Origin: Neovahlkampfia damariscottae
Taxonomy: Eukaryota
DNA: 64,000 nucleotides
NCBI GenBank assembly: GCA_016618085.1
Contig: JABLTG010000115.1
Span: forward strand, 1 to 64,000
Direction: 5' to 3'
Both the position numbers and the translations under genes were made by a program. Every line of letters starts with the position of its first letter. Position 1 is the stretch's first letter. The notes under the pieces are model-generated. The model was not told the DNA's origin. It searched no databases and saw nothing but the letters and a program-made list of their open reading frames with translations. Below, in pieces: positions 49,501 to 63,200 of the stretch.

Positions 49501-49767
49501 AATTTATAACCATCTTTTGAGTACATAAATGGATGAGCTGAAACTTCTTTTTTCATTCTTTCGAGATATATATTTAAACATTCCTCCAGGATTTCTTATG
49601 TTTTAATTATTTTTTTTTTTTAACAAACTGTTCAATGAATTTTTTTGTATTTTTCCAGCTCCTGTGGGATCAAAGTAATCATATAATGCCAGTAATTTCA
49701 TATCATTAAAAGATTTATATGTTATTACAAATTCTTCAAAACTTTCTTTCGCTGTAGAGTTACCCAT
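46564..49767 (-). CDS. RhoGAP with N-myristoylation-like start, CNH-like beta region and acidic tail; the current C-terminus is supplied by the element TIR
   Basis: MGNSTAK start at 49767; LYVGTTTG and EMAVCFPF CNH-like segments; GIFRVPG (Arg finger), FKQYVRELPIPIL, NMMTNENLAVVFG; 3 introns. Confidence 0.85.
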
Positions 49768-49950
49768 GTCAGAAAATCGAAAGAAAGAATGGATACTTTT
49801 TGATTGGACAATTCAATAACGATTATTTGTCAAAATGGTCTAATACCGAATTATATTGAAATAATTAATATTTTTGGTAATATTTTCTTTTCGAAAATGC
49901 GATGGAAAACTATTGGATAACTGTTTTATTTTCTTTCCTAATTTATCTCA

Positions 49951-51731
49951 ATGGAAGAAGGTAAAACTTCTGAAGTTGAAGAAAAAAAAAATGAACCAAT
50001 TTCTGATTATTTTATTGATGAAGAAGAAAACAATGAATCAATAAACAAAGAAATTGAAGAAGAAAATTTTATCAAAGACAAATCCTTTTTTCATAAATAC
50101 TTACCAAGAGTATTTCACAATTTCATACCTGAAACTAGTAAAAATATAAAAAAAATAATCTTTTTCAGCAAATATTTTATTATTATACCTTTGCTTCTTC
50201 ATTAAATCCATTGATGAAAGGTTGTATTATTTTTCAATTCCATTATTACTGACAGAGATGTATGGAAAAACTTTATTTGCTGGATCTCTTTACGCTTTTG
50301 TTACAAATTTATTTGTATTCTTGCTTGGCCCAAATATTGGAAATTTGGTTGATAAATTTCCAAGGTTTCATGTTGTGATGATTGCTTCAATTTTACAAAA
50401 TATTGCAATTTCAATATCTGGTGTATTATTGGTTTTAATGAATATATTTCCAACAACAAATCCATTTTTACGTTGGGAAAGTGGTATTTTTTATTTATTG
50501 TTGTTATTTTTTGGTTGTATCATTCAAATCACTTCTACAACCTCAAATATTAGTATTTCAAAAGACTGGGCTATAATTATATCAAAAGATAAGAAAACAT
50601 TAACATTTGTAAATGCCACAATGTCAAGAACAAAATTAATATCAGAGATGATAGCTCCATTTCTCTTTTCAATGATCATTGTGATTTCAAATGTAAAATA
50701 AAAAAAATTAAAAATGAAAATAGTACTATATTGCAACGGGAATTATTATTGTTTGGTATTTAATTTCATTTCTACCACAAATTTTAATTTTATTTTACAT
50801 TTATAAAACAGATCCTGCAATTGCAGAACCTAAAAAATCAACAAAGAAAAGTGAAAATCCAATGGTCATTTTATACAAAGGATGGAAAGTTTACATTTCT
50901 CAAAAAGTATTTTCTTCATCATTTGCTTATGTACTATTATATGTCACTGTTTTAACGCCTGGAGTTGTATTCACAATTTATTTGAAGATCAATGATTTCA
51001 GTGAAACAGTTATTGGGATATATAGAGGTGTAGCAGCTATATCTGGTATCATTGTGACATTCATTGTTCCTCATCTCATCACCAAATTCAAATTAATACC
51101 AACAGCATTAGGAAGTATTTGGAGTCAATTTGGAAGTTTATTATTTGGGGTCGCTTGCACTATTTTTATACCAAAACAGATTTCAATTTATATATTAATG
51201 GTTTCTATTGTCATTTCAAGAGTATTTCATTTTTCATTTCGACTAACCCACCAGATGGCTCTTTGGTCTTTTGATTTGTCTCATCTCCAAATAATGCAAG
51301 TATCCATTAAAGAAGAGGAAAGAGGAATTGTAAATTCAACAGAAAAAGCTTTCACAACATTAGCATATATGATTATTTTACTGGTTAGCGTTATTTTTAG
51401 TGATCCAAAATTTTTTGAGTATTTGATGTTTTTAAGTTTGACATGTGTTGGAATTTCTTGTTTCAGTTTCAGTTTTTGGACAACTAGAAAAGAATTAGTT
51501 TCTATCGTTTGGGAAGAAGAAAATGACCATGAAAATGAACCAAAACAAGAAACTGAAGCTCCAGTCGAAAAAATAACTGCCACTGTAATTTCAGATATTG
51601 AATTGATGGATGAAAAAATGATTGATCCAATTGAAATTGATGATGAATCAAATCATGAAATGGATGTAAATGACCAATATCTATTTGATTTAATTGAAAA
51701 AACTAAAGAAGAAATAAATACAGAATTGTAA
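49951..51731 (+). CDS. SLC40A1: Ferroportin (SLC40/FPN1) MFS iron exporter
   Basis: GPNIGNLVD, SILQNIAI, ISISKDW, NATMSR, AYVLLYVTVL, SR..LWSFDL...QIMQ.....ERG.V. Confidence 0.9.
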
Positions 51732-51901
51732 ATCAGTTACTCTCTGGTACTATTTCATAATTCTCACCATTTTTTTGTTTTAAATGTATCAATTATGGTC
51801 ATTGTCTCAATGTGGTTGTTTTTTCATTTTTTTTGTTCTGTAGTTTGATCGTAAATGATTGGTGGAAATTCGATTTATTTTTAAACAAAATAATTGGTGC
51901 A

Positions 51902-52773
51902 ATGTCTGTTGAAAAACTCGTACCTGTTGTACAAGACTTTAAAAAAAAATGCCATGGAAATCCAACAGAGGCACAAGAAATTCTTACAACACTCAAAGTA
52001 AAAACAAAAACAATTTTTAAATCTAAATTTTCCTTTAGAAAGAGTTTATAAAATTCAAAACATTTTTACCAGTCAATGGACAAATAAAAAATTTAACTGA
52101 AGATGAAAAAAGAGAAATTGTATTAGTTCGTAAGTTTTTCAAAAACGTACTAACTTTTTTTTCAAAAGGTGAAACTTTAGAATTTGCTATTCTTTTAGCT
52201 TCACAAGTAAAAGATATGAAGAGTTTTGAAAGACATATGGCACAAGTTAAAACATATTATAATTTCAATTTAGTTGAAAAAAGTGAAAGAGAGTTATTAA
52301 TTCATGGACTTAATCTTTTGAGACTTTTAAGTCAACATAAATTAGCTGAATTTCATACAGAACTTGAATTAATACCAGTTTCATTACATTCAAATATGTA
52401 TATCAAATATGCTATTGATACTGATTTTTCTTTAATGGAAGGTTCATATAACAAACTTTTACAATTAAATAATCCTGCTGAAGAATATGGTATTTTCAAA
52501 GAAATTCTTTTAGAAACAGTACGTGAAGTTATAGCAGAATGTTCTGAAAAAGCATATAATTCATTAAAATTACAAGAAGCACAACAAGTACTTTTATTCA
52601 AAACTGAACAAGATACAAAGAATTATATTTCAAAAAGAAATTGGAAAGTTGATAATTCAGGTGTAATTCAATTTGCTCAAGTACAAAAACAAGAACTTCC
52701 ATTTGAACAATCTTCAAAACAATTAATTTCAAAAACATTAAGTTATGCAAAAGAAATGGAAAGAATCATTTAA
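51902..52773 (+). CDS. RPN12: 26S proteasome regulatory subunit Rpn12/PSMD8
   Basis: FERHMAQVKTYY, GLNLLRLLSQ..LAEFHTELE, LMEGSYNK, YAKEMERII*. Confidence 0.95.
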
Positions 52774-52811
52774 AAAAAAGAAAAAAATGAGAATAAAGAA
52801 TTTTTTTTTAA

Positions 52812-53939
52812 TTACATAACTTTATCATATTCTAAAACAAAATCATCTCTTCTTACTTTTTTCCAGGCATGATAATCAAAATAAATGACTGGTCCTTTTT
52901 CATAAGTTTGAGTTTTTTGAATTTGTTCATTTCCACTTGTAGGTGCTCTTGTTAACCAAATTTTATGAAATGTATGATAAATCCATTTCCTTTTGTTTCT
53001 TTTTAAATTTAACTTTTTTTTTTTTAAACTTACAATTCTTTTGCTGCTAAAACTTGACAAACATCTTTTGGCATGCTATAAAACATATAAAATAAAGATT
53101 CATCTTGATACTTTCCAAAATGCTTATTCAAAGGAAGTGGGTTTTGTAAAAAGTAACATTTTGGAATTGAAAACTCAGGTTGAATACGTGTTGGATTATC
53201 ATTCCAAGGTGATGCAAATGTACTATAAAGATATTCTGGTGAATTTAAATTCAATCCTAAAATTCATTTAATTTTTTTTTTTTTTTTTCTAACCTAAAGT
53301 AGTCAAATCAAAACCCAGACTCAAAAGATTTAAATCTTTATCACCAACTTTAATGATATTTAAAAGACCCATTAATCCATATTTATCTTCTTCGTTGTTA
53401 TTTTTCTGCTGAGTTTTTCGACTTTGCATTGTTTGCAGAATGGTCTCTTTTTTTTCAGATTTTTGTGGTTTTAGCATATTTGGTATACCACCATCTGTAC
53501 CATTTCCTTTAAAATCTGACTGACTTAAAGTTCCTGGTTGTCCAAAATTTCTCATTCCAAAACTTGAATTCAAATTCATTTGTTGCATTCCTTTTTTATT
53601 TTTTTTAATTTTTTTTTTTTTTTTGAACCTTGATGTATTTGATTCATACCCCTATTTAATTGATTTGAACCGTTTTGATCTTTTTTTTCTTTTAGTTTTT
53701 TTTTTTTTCAAACTATAAGGTGAAGGAATATAACCTCCTTGTTGTGTTTGGTTCAAACCATCATTATTGAAATACATGTTGTATTGTGAATTTTCATAAA
53801 TATCTTCTTCGTTTCTTCCTATATTTTGACTATACAAAGGGTTCAACCTTGTTTGTTCTTTTTCTGGAGAATTTAGCTGATTTCGTTTTTGAGGATTCAT
53901 TGATTGGTCCGAATTTCGACCAATAGGAAACATCTTCAT
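52812..53939 (-). CDS. NOT2: CCR4-NOT complex subunit NOT2
   Basis: YGLMGLL, LSLGFDLTTLG, NLNS.EYLYSTFASPW, ESLFYMFYSMPKD, AAKEL, WIYH. Confidence 0.93.
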
Positions 53940-54102
53940 TTTTTGTAACTGATTTTTTTGTTTTTTCTATTTTTTTGTTAAAATCAACTATTTCGTCAAA
54001 AAAATTCTCGCCTATGAAGTTGTATATTTCCACATCTGAATTTCTGCACTGAGTCGATACTTTAAATGACCATGAAGTTTAAAATGTAAGTTACAAAAAT
54101 TT

Positions 54103-54972
54103 TTATTTCGTTTTTTGTGATTCTTGTTCAATTGTTTTTAAAACTGCTTCATCTTCACCAATTGAAAGTAATGAAATAATTATAAAAATGAAATCTGAAA
54201 CGAGATATCCTATTAATGGTACTGTTAAAAACAATTTCTTTGTTAAAAGAAATCCGCATAATGAACAAACTTCAGTGATTCTAAGTAAGATTGAAGTAAA
54301 AAGTAAATAAATTGAGCATGTTTTGTTCATAGCACGAAACCAGATATACAAATTACTAATCATTATAACACCTATTACATATGACCAATTTGAAACAAAT
54401 GGTGAAAAGTGAAACAAAAATTTCTCTCCAATAAAAATTGGATATGTGAAAAAACCTGTAATTTGAACAACAAAGCTGATAATATTCAACCAGTTATGAA
54501 CAAACCCTGGCATTTTTACATTGCTTATCATTTTTGATGGAAAAGCTAATTTTCTAGTGGACAACCATGCTAAAACAATCCAAACCAATTCTATTCCAGC
54601 AAGTAAAATCAAACAACTATTAAACATTTTTTTATATACTGAAATCCCAATGTATCCAAGTATTAAAATAAAACGTGAAATAATGACGTCAGAAAATAAC
54701 ATGTTACAGTTGAAAACCCAAATTAAAAATAATGAAAATCCATTTGATATCATTGAGATACTAGCTATTTTTTCAAATGCGCTTCGATAATTATCAATCG
54801 GTTTGATAAAATTTATAACATCAGAATTGTACAAGTTTGGTAAGAACATCAAAAAAAATCCGCTAAGTATTTGGTTTACAGCCAATATGAAAAATAATGA
54901 ACCACCAGTTGAGGTTGTTGTTGGTGTTGATGTGTTTTTATCATTTTCTGTTTGTGCTGTTTTCTTTCCCAT
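54103..54972 (-). CDS. Multi-pass membrane protein, unknown function
   Basis: ~289-aa ORF with about 8 hydrophobic helices. Confidence 0.6.
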   Translation of the reverse strand: MGKKTAQTENDKNTSTPTTTSTGGSLFFILAVNQILSGFFLMFLPNLYNSDVINFIKPIDNYRSAFEKIASISMISNGFSLFLIWVFNCNMLFSDVIISRFILILGYIGISVYKKMFNSCLILLAGIELVWIVLAWLSTRKLAFPSKMISNVKMPGFVHNWLNIISFVVQITGFFTYPIFIGEKFLFHFSPFVSNWSYVIGVIMISNLYIWFRAMNKTCSIYLLFTSILLRITEVCSLCGFLLTKKLFLTVPLIGYLVSDFIFIIISLLSIGEDEAVLKTIEQESQKTK

Positions 54973-55074
54973 GTTGTTACCTGATTTAAAATAACCGTTA
55001 ACCAATGGTTTTTCAACAATTCCACCAATCGTTTTATACCACGTCTTGACTCAACCTCTTTTTTTTTTTTGAAA

Positions 55075-55857
55075 ATGAGCAATGTAGAAGAACAAAACTT
55101 CTCAAAAGAAATCTCAAAACTCCATGGAAAGCTATTTTTGAAGGAGAAATCAAAAAAAATTATTTTAATTTTTGGTTGGTTTGGTTCTACTCATAAGCTA
55201 CTTTCAAAATATACAGAAATTTACAATAAGAATAATTGTAGTGTTATTCAATTTATACCTTCAAATTTTAATATTACAGACACAAACCATTATGAAAAAA
55301 AAATTCAGAAATTAGTTTTAGTCTTGGAGCAAAAGTACAAAATTGGAGAAGAAAAAATGAAGTTTTTTTGTCATTGTTTTTCAAATCATGGGTTGAAAAA
55401 TGTTATTGTTTTATCAAAATTAATTCAAGAAAAAAAGATTTTATGTGTTGAATTATCAGGTGTAATTTCAGATTCTACTCCAGTTGATTTGACACCAAAA
55501 GCTGCTTCAAATGCTCTTACTGCATCTATAAAGATGAATCATATCAAATCTATTCTGTACTATTTTATGTATTTCATATTTTATTTATTTTTTTTAATTT
55601 ACGAATTTTTAACAAAATCGACGGTCAATGAAGGCGTAGGATTTGATGGTTTATTAGAGAATGAAAAATTATCAATTTTTTTTATTTATAGTGAATCTGA
55701 TAACATCACAGATTTTAAATTTTTGGAGAATTTCATTGAAAAGTTCAAAGGAAAAAAGAAAGTTCAGAAATTCGAAAATTCAAATCACGTTTCTCATTTA
55801 ATGATCCATCCAGAAAAATATACGAAAGAAGTTGTTAGTTTTGTCACTGAAAACTGA
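55075..55857 (+). CDS. TMEM53/DUF829 alpha/beta-hydrolase-like protein
   Basis: IFGWFG....LSKY..IY, HCFSNHG, ISDSTP, FIYSESD, FENSNHVSHL..HPEKY. Confidence 0.85.
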   Translation: MSNVEEQNFSKEISKLHGKLFLKEKSKKIILIFGWFGSTHKLLSKYTEIYNKNNCSVIQFIPSNFNITDTNHYEKKIQKLVLVLEQKYKIGEEKMKFFCHCFSNHGLKNVIVLSKLIQEKKILCVELSGVISDSTPVDLTPKAASNALTASIKMNHIKSILYYFMYFIFYLFFLIYEFLTKSTVNEGVGFDGLLENEKLSIFFIYSESDNITDFKFLENFIEKFKGKKKVQKFENSNHVSHLMIHPEKYTKEVVSFVTEN

Positions 55858-56016
55858 GATTGAATAATAAATTTTTGATTTTTTTTTTCAAGTTGTGAAA
55901 CGAACAATGTATCATTTAAACGGACGAAAAATTCTAAAACTTTAGTTTTATTTTGGAAGAACTGAAAAATTCGTCTTTTTATTCTCCCTATTTTTGATTC
56001 GTCAATTAAAACACTC

Positions 56017-57985
56017 ATGTCAGACATTTTAACACCAAAACAGAGAGTAAAACTTATTTTTCAAGTTAATTTTTTAGGAATACTTGAAAGAAGCAAAAGA
56101 ATATATCACAAATATTTATAATGATACAAGTGGAAACTTCAACAAGTAAAGAAAAAGAAAATTAATTTTTCCATCAAAGAACTCTTGCTCTTCAAACCAT
56201 AAGTGCCATGATTTCAAATATAATTAATGATCCAAATGAACAAAAATATCGTAAAATAAAAATGAACAATCAAAAATTTCAAAAAAGAGTTTTAGAGACA
56301 ACAGAGTAAAATGACCTTCAAAAAAAAAACTAAAATTTCTTTAAGAGACGCAGCAAAACTACTTGAATTGATTGGATTTAAACCAAAAGGTGATTATTTT
56401 TTGTGTTCTGAATTCAATGTTGAATCATTAAAATTAATGAAAGAAGAACTAGATAAACAAGTGAGAATTTTGTTTTTACATTGACTTTAGGTTCTGAAAT
56501 CATTTTACTCAAATGAGAACTTAAAACATGTTGATGATGAGGATGAAGTTGATCCAGAACTTTCTTTGACTGTTACAATTGATGGAAACGACTACAAAAG
56601 ACCAATCTTGAAAATTTTTAAAGTTGTGAAAGACAATGCATTGTTTGAAGTACCTGAACATTATGAAGTGAAAAAGGTATTGGGTTTTGGTAAGAATTTT
56701 CATTTAAACCATTGAAAAATTTGAAAGGTTCTTTTGGTGTAGTGGTATCTGCTTATGATCATATCAAAAAAAAAGAAGTTGCAATAAAAAAAATGTATGC
56801 TACTTTTTCACAAAGTATGGATTATCAAAAGAGAATTTTAAGAGAAATTCAACTTTTACTTCATTTTCGTGGCTGTGAAAGTGTAAGCAATATTTTTTTT
56901 GTTTTTACACTTTCCTTCAAGATTGTTGAAATTATAGACTTAATACCACCTCGGTCATTTGAAGATTTTAGTGATGTTTATATTGTGATGGATTGCATGT
57001 CACAAGATTTGAACAAGCTCATCAAATCTACTAATCAACTGACAGATGAAAATGGTAAACACAAAACATATGATTCACCAAAAAGTTGTTTATTTTATGT
57101 ACCATATGTTATTGGGAGTTTATTCTTTACATTCCGCAAACTGTCTTCACAGAGATTTAAAACCAAGTAATGTTTTACTAACAGGTGAATTGGATGTACG
57201 AATTTGTGATTTAGGACTTGCTAGGGGATTAAATCTGGGAGAATCAGATGACCAGCATATGTCAACCTATTATGTTGTCACTGTAATCTTATTAGAAAAA
57301 TTAAATTTATTCACAGAGATGGTATCGTTCTCCTGAACTTGTAATGTCTTATGAAAAATCATACAAAGCATTAGATATGTGGTCAATTGGATGTATTTTT
57401 GCAGAATTAGTTTGAAAATTATCTTATTTTAACTCTAAAAAGTTACAAAAGCCAAAAAGGAGACCATTATTTCCAGGAATGGAAACATTAGAACAATTGA
57501 AATTGATTTTAAATACTCTTGGAAAACAGAAATTTGAAGATATAAAAGGAGTTCCAAATGCAAAGAATTTTGTTAAACAATATGCTAAAAATGAAAAAAA
57601 AGCTTGGAATGAGATTCCTTTTTTAAAACATATTTCAGATGAATCAACATTAGATTTATTAGACGCTTTATTAACTTTCAATCCAGAAAAAAGAATTTCA
57701 GTTGAAGATGCTTTACGTCATCCTTATTTTAGAGAAATATTTGATGAAGATGATTTAATGAAGTATCCAATCGTAGATTTCGTTTTTGATCAAAAATCAG
57801 CAAACAAAGATAAAGACTATTGCAAAAGTAATAGAAAAAACTAAATTAAAACTATATTTAGAAATGATTTATGATTTAATTATGGATATGAATAAAAAAA
57901 ATGGAATTGCAGGAGAGTAAGAAAAATGATTTTTTTAAACCTTTAAAGTGCAATCATTACTGAAAAAACACCAATAGAAGTGTAA
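56017..57985 (+). CDS. MAP kinase (ERK/plant-MPK-like) with N-terminal PUB domain
   Basis: [19 protein letters not shown]...LELIGF (PUB); [65 protein letters not shown]; about 10 short introns. Confidence 0.85.
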
Positions 57986-58004
57986 TTCACAAATATTTAT
58001 TAAA

Positions 58005-58664
58005 TTAATTTTTTTTCATGGATTTAATCATTTCATTTTGAACTGTTTCCTTCCAAACTTTCTTTGTCAATTTGAAGACTTGCCAATCAATATTAGAATT
58101 TGACCTAGTTTCAAAGAATTCAATTTTGAATTTTTTATAAAATGATAACATTGGAATATTCTCTTTGGTTGTTGAAAATATCACATAATCCAAATCAAAT
58201 TGATTAAAAACATATTCTAAGCAATGATAATGAGCTTCCAAAGCTATTCCCAATTTCCAATAAGGTTCATATATTACAATTCCAAATTCAGCCCATTTTT
58301 CTTTGTCATTTTCATTGATATGTATTTCTCTGAAACCAGTTGACCCAATTAGGACTCCTTTCTGAATGAATGAATTTTCAGTTTCTTTTTCCTTCTGCAA
58401 TTCACAAAAATATTTTTTTTTTACAAATAAATTTAAATAAAATGCTGTTTCATTGATATTATATTTTGTGAAAAGTAGTCGTCTTTCTTTAATTTCTTCC
58501 ATTTTCCACTCTTTCAAAAGAATTTTCAAATTATTCATGGTTTTGGTATGTGATAGAATCATTTTCATTCTATTGTCACAATATTCATTTTCTGTTTCAA
58601 TTTTTGATGGTGTACTTAAAAGTAAACGATTTGTTTCAATTGAAACATCAAAAGTTCTCTTCAT
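58005..58664 (-). CDS. RimJ/RimL-type GNAT acetyltransferase
   Basis: IETNRLLL, LIGSTGF, AEFGIVI...YWKLGIA.EA, T..ENIPM..FYKK. Confidence 0.8.
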   Translation of the reverse strand: MKRTFDVSIETNRLLLSTPSKIETENEYCDNRMKMILSHTKTMNNLKILLKEWKMEEIKERRLLFTKYNINETAFYLNLFVKKKYFCELQKEKETENSFIQKGVLIGSTGFREIHINENDKEKWAEFGIVIYEPYWKLGIALEAHYHCLEYVFNQFDLDYVIFSTTKENIPMLSFYKKFKIEFFETRSNSNIDWQVFKLTKKVWKETVQNEMIKSMKKN

Positions 58665-58783
58665 AAGATAAGCCAATCAAAACATTTTTTTTTTTTATTT
58701 AATCCTTACGACTCAGTTAGAGATTGAGGATTTTAAAGTACATTTTTTGTGGTGTCAGCACAAATGTATGGTTTGATTCTTGT

Positions 58784-59318
58784 TTACTTTTTTGTTGAAG
58801 CTTTTAGTTTGTTCTTTAAAGTAGTTCTTCCAAGTGTTTTCATTATGGGTCCTTTAAGTTTATCTTCAAATATTTTGTCATGTTTCATTGTTTTGTTTGG
58901 TGATTCTTTTGTTCTTGGGGTTTCTTCTCTTTTTCTTTTTTTGCTTGTGTTTTGAAATTTGTTGGTGTTTATGAATGTTATGGTTAAGTTTGGTTGTGAG
59001 TGATGTTCAGGTTTCCTCTTTTTGAATATTTCTTGGGAGATTTCATCTCCGTTGTTTTTTTGAACCATGAAATCTCCACCAATCATTTTCATTTTGCCAA
59101 TCAAAACAATTTTAAAGTTCATGGATAAACAATACAGCTGAGAAGGTTGTTTGAGTACAAAAAGTGATAAAAAATTCTTGGCATATAATGACAGAACATA
59201 CAAAAAACACTATATTGAAAAAACTTCTGGAACAATGTGCCGAGACTGTTCCATTCTTGACGAAATTTGAGAAATTTAAGAAAATTGGTACGTGAGAATA
59301 TTCTGCACCTTTTTTCAT
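58784..59318 (-). CDS. Hypothetical protein; gene structure uncertain
   Basis: Overlapping minus-strand ORFs 59112-59318 and 58784-59203 with a basic C-terminus. Confidence 0.3.
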
Positions 59319-59586
59319 AAATATGTTGTTGTAGTATTACAATAATTTATTTAAAAAATCATGACAACAAGCTTCAGATACCAACTGTTCTAGAATAATC
59401 ACCAAGTTGAGAATTTTGAATTGTTCTATCAAAATTGTATTTTACTTGACCAAATGAAAATTGAAGAAATTGTACAAAAATTTGATATCAAAAAAAACAT
59501 CATTTTTGATTAAATTTAAAATAAATTTTGAGCTTCAATTAAGATTTTCATTTGTTAATTTTTATTCCACCAATCATTTGATAAAC

Positions 59587-60238
59587 ATGTCAGAAGAAGA
59601 AGTTAACAAACTCAAATCACACATCAGAGTTGTTCCTGATTTTCCAAAAAAAGGAATTCAATTTCAAGATATTTCAACACTTTGTGCTGACCCGTGGTGC
59701 ATGAAAAAATGTATTGAAATTATGGCAGCAAAATACAAAGGTGAAAAAATTGATTATGTCGCAGGATTTGAAGCAAGAGGTTTTATTTTTGGACCAGCAC
59801 TTGCTATTGAACTTGGTTGTGGGTTCACTATGATAAGAAAACCAGGAAAATTGTAACAAAACATTTAAATTCATTTTTCCACAGACCATGTAATTTGTTA
59901 CATTTTTAAATAATTTTCAAGATAAAACCGAATATGCAGAATATACTAAAGAATATGGAAAAGATAAAATTGAAGTAAATGTTGATGCTTGGGAAAAAGG
60001 TGCTAACGTTTTATTAATTGATGATCTTTTGGCAACTGGTATTTTAATTTTGATTATTTTTAATATTTTAGGTGGAACTGCTGGAGCTGGTGTTGATTTA
60101 GTTGAAAAATTAGGAGCTAAATGCGTTGGTTTATGTGTCGTTGTTCATCTCACTGGATTACCTGAAGAATTAGATGGAACTAAAAATCTTGCAAAAAAAA
60201 ATTGTCCTGTTTTTTCTATTTTCTCAGCTGCAGGTTAA
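59587..60238 (+). CDS. APRT: Adenine phosphoribosyltransferase
   Basis: IRVVPDFPKKGIQFQDI, EARGFIFG, IRKPGKL|P, EYGKD, LIDDLLAT|GGT. Confidence 0.95.
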
Positions 60239-60279
60239 TATATCAGATAAATTTTTTTTCATTTTTGATTGGTTCTTCA

Positions 60280-63200
60280 ATGTTTTTAGAAAAAGTATCC
60301 TTGTCTGGTTTCAAATCTTTTTCGTCTTCACGTCCTCAGATACTTGATTTTGGTCCTGGATTCAATTGTATACAAGGAGAAAATGGATCTGGCAAGTAAA
60401 ACGACTCTTTTGTCGAACTCAAATCTTTTTAGAAGTACCTTTACAAAGTTTGAAATTTTTTCGTTTTAAAAATTTAGTTATTCATAACTTAGGTAATATA
60501 TTTGACTCTATATGCTTCGCTCTTTCTCAAGATTTAAATCAAGTTCGCTCTTCCACTTTAAATGATTTATTTTGCCAAACATCCAAAACACCAACAAATT
60601 CAATTGAAATAACTTTGATTTTTAAAAGAAATTCAAACAACTTAATTTTTGATAAATATCTTCAAAATGATATTTGTAAGTTGACAGTCAAAGTATCCAA
60701 AGAAAATTTAACCAGAAACTATTTTTTGAATAACAAAAAAATAACATCACAAAAATGTAAAAGTTCATTTGAATTAATCTTCAGATTTGAGAGATTTTTT
60801 ACATAATATTGGCTTGAGTATGTTCAATAAACAACCAACATTTATTATTCATCAAAATTCAGTGACCAACTCGAAAAGTTCAATAGATTTGGCCAATATG
60901 ATTACAGATTGCAGTGGTTCAAAAAAAGTTCAAGAATTAATCAATAAAACAACAAAAGAATTACAAAAATGGAGAAATATTGAAATTTCAATTCAAAAAT
61001 CTATTGATAGTTTTGAAAAGTGTTTAAATGATGATTTGGAGTTATATGAAAAATCAAGTCGTTATAATGATTCAGTCAGACAAATTGAAATTTTAGAAAA
61101 GAAAAAAAAGATAATTGAAAATAATGAAAAGTTAAATTTGATTCAAGATTTACATCATGAACGTAACAAATTGAATTTGGAAATCGAAGCTTTTCAAAAA
61201 GATTTGGAATCTATTGATACAAGTTTGATTGATTTGAATTTGAAAAATAAAAAGTACATGGTCACAGAAGAAAAGAAAAAATTAATTTCTTTGGAAGATG
61301 ATTTTTCTCAACTGAAAATTGTATCTTTTTTGAATTTTAATTTTTGAAAAGAAAATTTCTGGAATTAATAATAGGATCAACATCTTGGAAAAGGAATTAT
61401 TGAACTTTGGAGATCCAAATGATACTTTGCACACAAATAAAAATATGGAAGAAATTTCTTTGATAAATGAAACTATTGAGAGACTAAAAACAGAAATAAA
61501 GTTAAAGAGATATCAAATTTTAGAGTAAATGATTCCAAATTTTTCTTATTTAAAGAAATGAAAATTTAATCAAAAAGAATATTGGAAACAATGAAGGAAG
61601 TGGTGATAAATTGAACAATATTATAAAAGAATTGAAAAATCATGAAAGTCAATTGATTAATATTTCAGGAATTATTGAATCATTAAAAGAAGAGAATCTG
61701 TCAATGGATACATTCATCACTTTGAAAGAACAAGAATATTCAAAAATAGAAAATGAAGAAATAGGAATAATGAGAACACTTGAATCATTTAAAGTGTCAA
61801 CATTAGATATTTCAACATTGGAAGTATCAATTTATTGCATTTATTAATTATTTTGATAGCATGAAATGAAAATTATTTCTTCTAAATTAGAAATAGAAAA
61901 ACAAAAGAAATTTGATTTGGAATCCAAGATTGAAAGACTAAAAGTTGAATTATCAATATATCTCCAAGAAATTGATGTCAATGGATTTTTAGGAACTGTT
62001 TATTCATTATTTGATTTAAAACAGAATTCATTTGACTATTTGAATGCTCTCAATGTTATTTCTTCTGGAATTCATCCTATTGTGATGGAAAATTCAAAAA
62101 ATATCAAAAAATTATTTGAAGTAAATAGATGGTTAAATTGTAACTGTTTTTAGTATTCGGAAAAATCTAAAACTCAAATTGAAATTTGGTGCATTGATCG
62201 AATGAATTGTTCAAAATATTCTCAACATTTCATGAAAATGAAAAAGATGAATGTAAATTAATTCAATGAATTTGATATTTTAGTTAACTATTCCTTTAGA
62301 TTTTTTAGTATTTGATGAAATGTTTAGAGATGTAATTTCAAAATCATTTGGGGGATATGTTTTAACAAATTCTGATTCAGAATCAAAAGAATTAATGGAA
62401 AAATATAACATTAGTAGCGTGTAAAACCTAATACTATTTAATTCTCCTAGAACCAAAAATGGTACAAAATTCATTCCTGGATCTATTAATGGAGGATACA
62501 GAAAAAAAGAAAATAATTCTGTTTTTCATAAAAAATTTGAACTTGAAAAATTGTTAAAAATTAAAGAATCATTTGAAAATGAAATTAAAAATTTGGAAAC
62601 ACAAATGAATCATTTTAATCAAAAATATAAAGAATTCAAAATAAATGAAGACTTGATAATACAAAAAGAAAAAGTAAATTAAATTTAAAAATTAAATACT
62701 TTCAATAGATAATATTCAAAAAATCACATTTAATAGAAGAACTATCAAAAATGAAAACAAATTTTAAAGAAAATGAATTAAAAATTGATGAAAATGAATT
62801 AATGAAGAAATATCAAAACGATAAAATTGAAGAATTAAAACAATTACAAAATGTTTATCAATCAAATTCAAATATTCAAGTTCACATCCAAAAGTTCATT
62901 AAAAATAAGAAATTCATTAATGAACAACTTTCAATTCAATGTGAAGAAATTCAAAAAACATTATTTGAATTTGAATTTAAAGAAGAAAATGCAAAAAGAA
63001 AATTTGAAGAAATGAACAGAAGAAAGATGGAATCTAAAGAAGATGAAGAAATGATCAAGAATGAAATCAAATTATTAAAAAAAGAATTGAAAGAATTATA
63101 CTTTTTTGAATCTATAGAAAAAGAGATTGAGAACAAAAAACAAAACATTATTGATTTGAAGAATTCAATTTCAATTTTAGATCAAAATTTAAATAAACAA

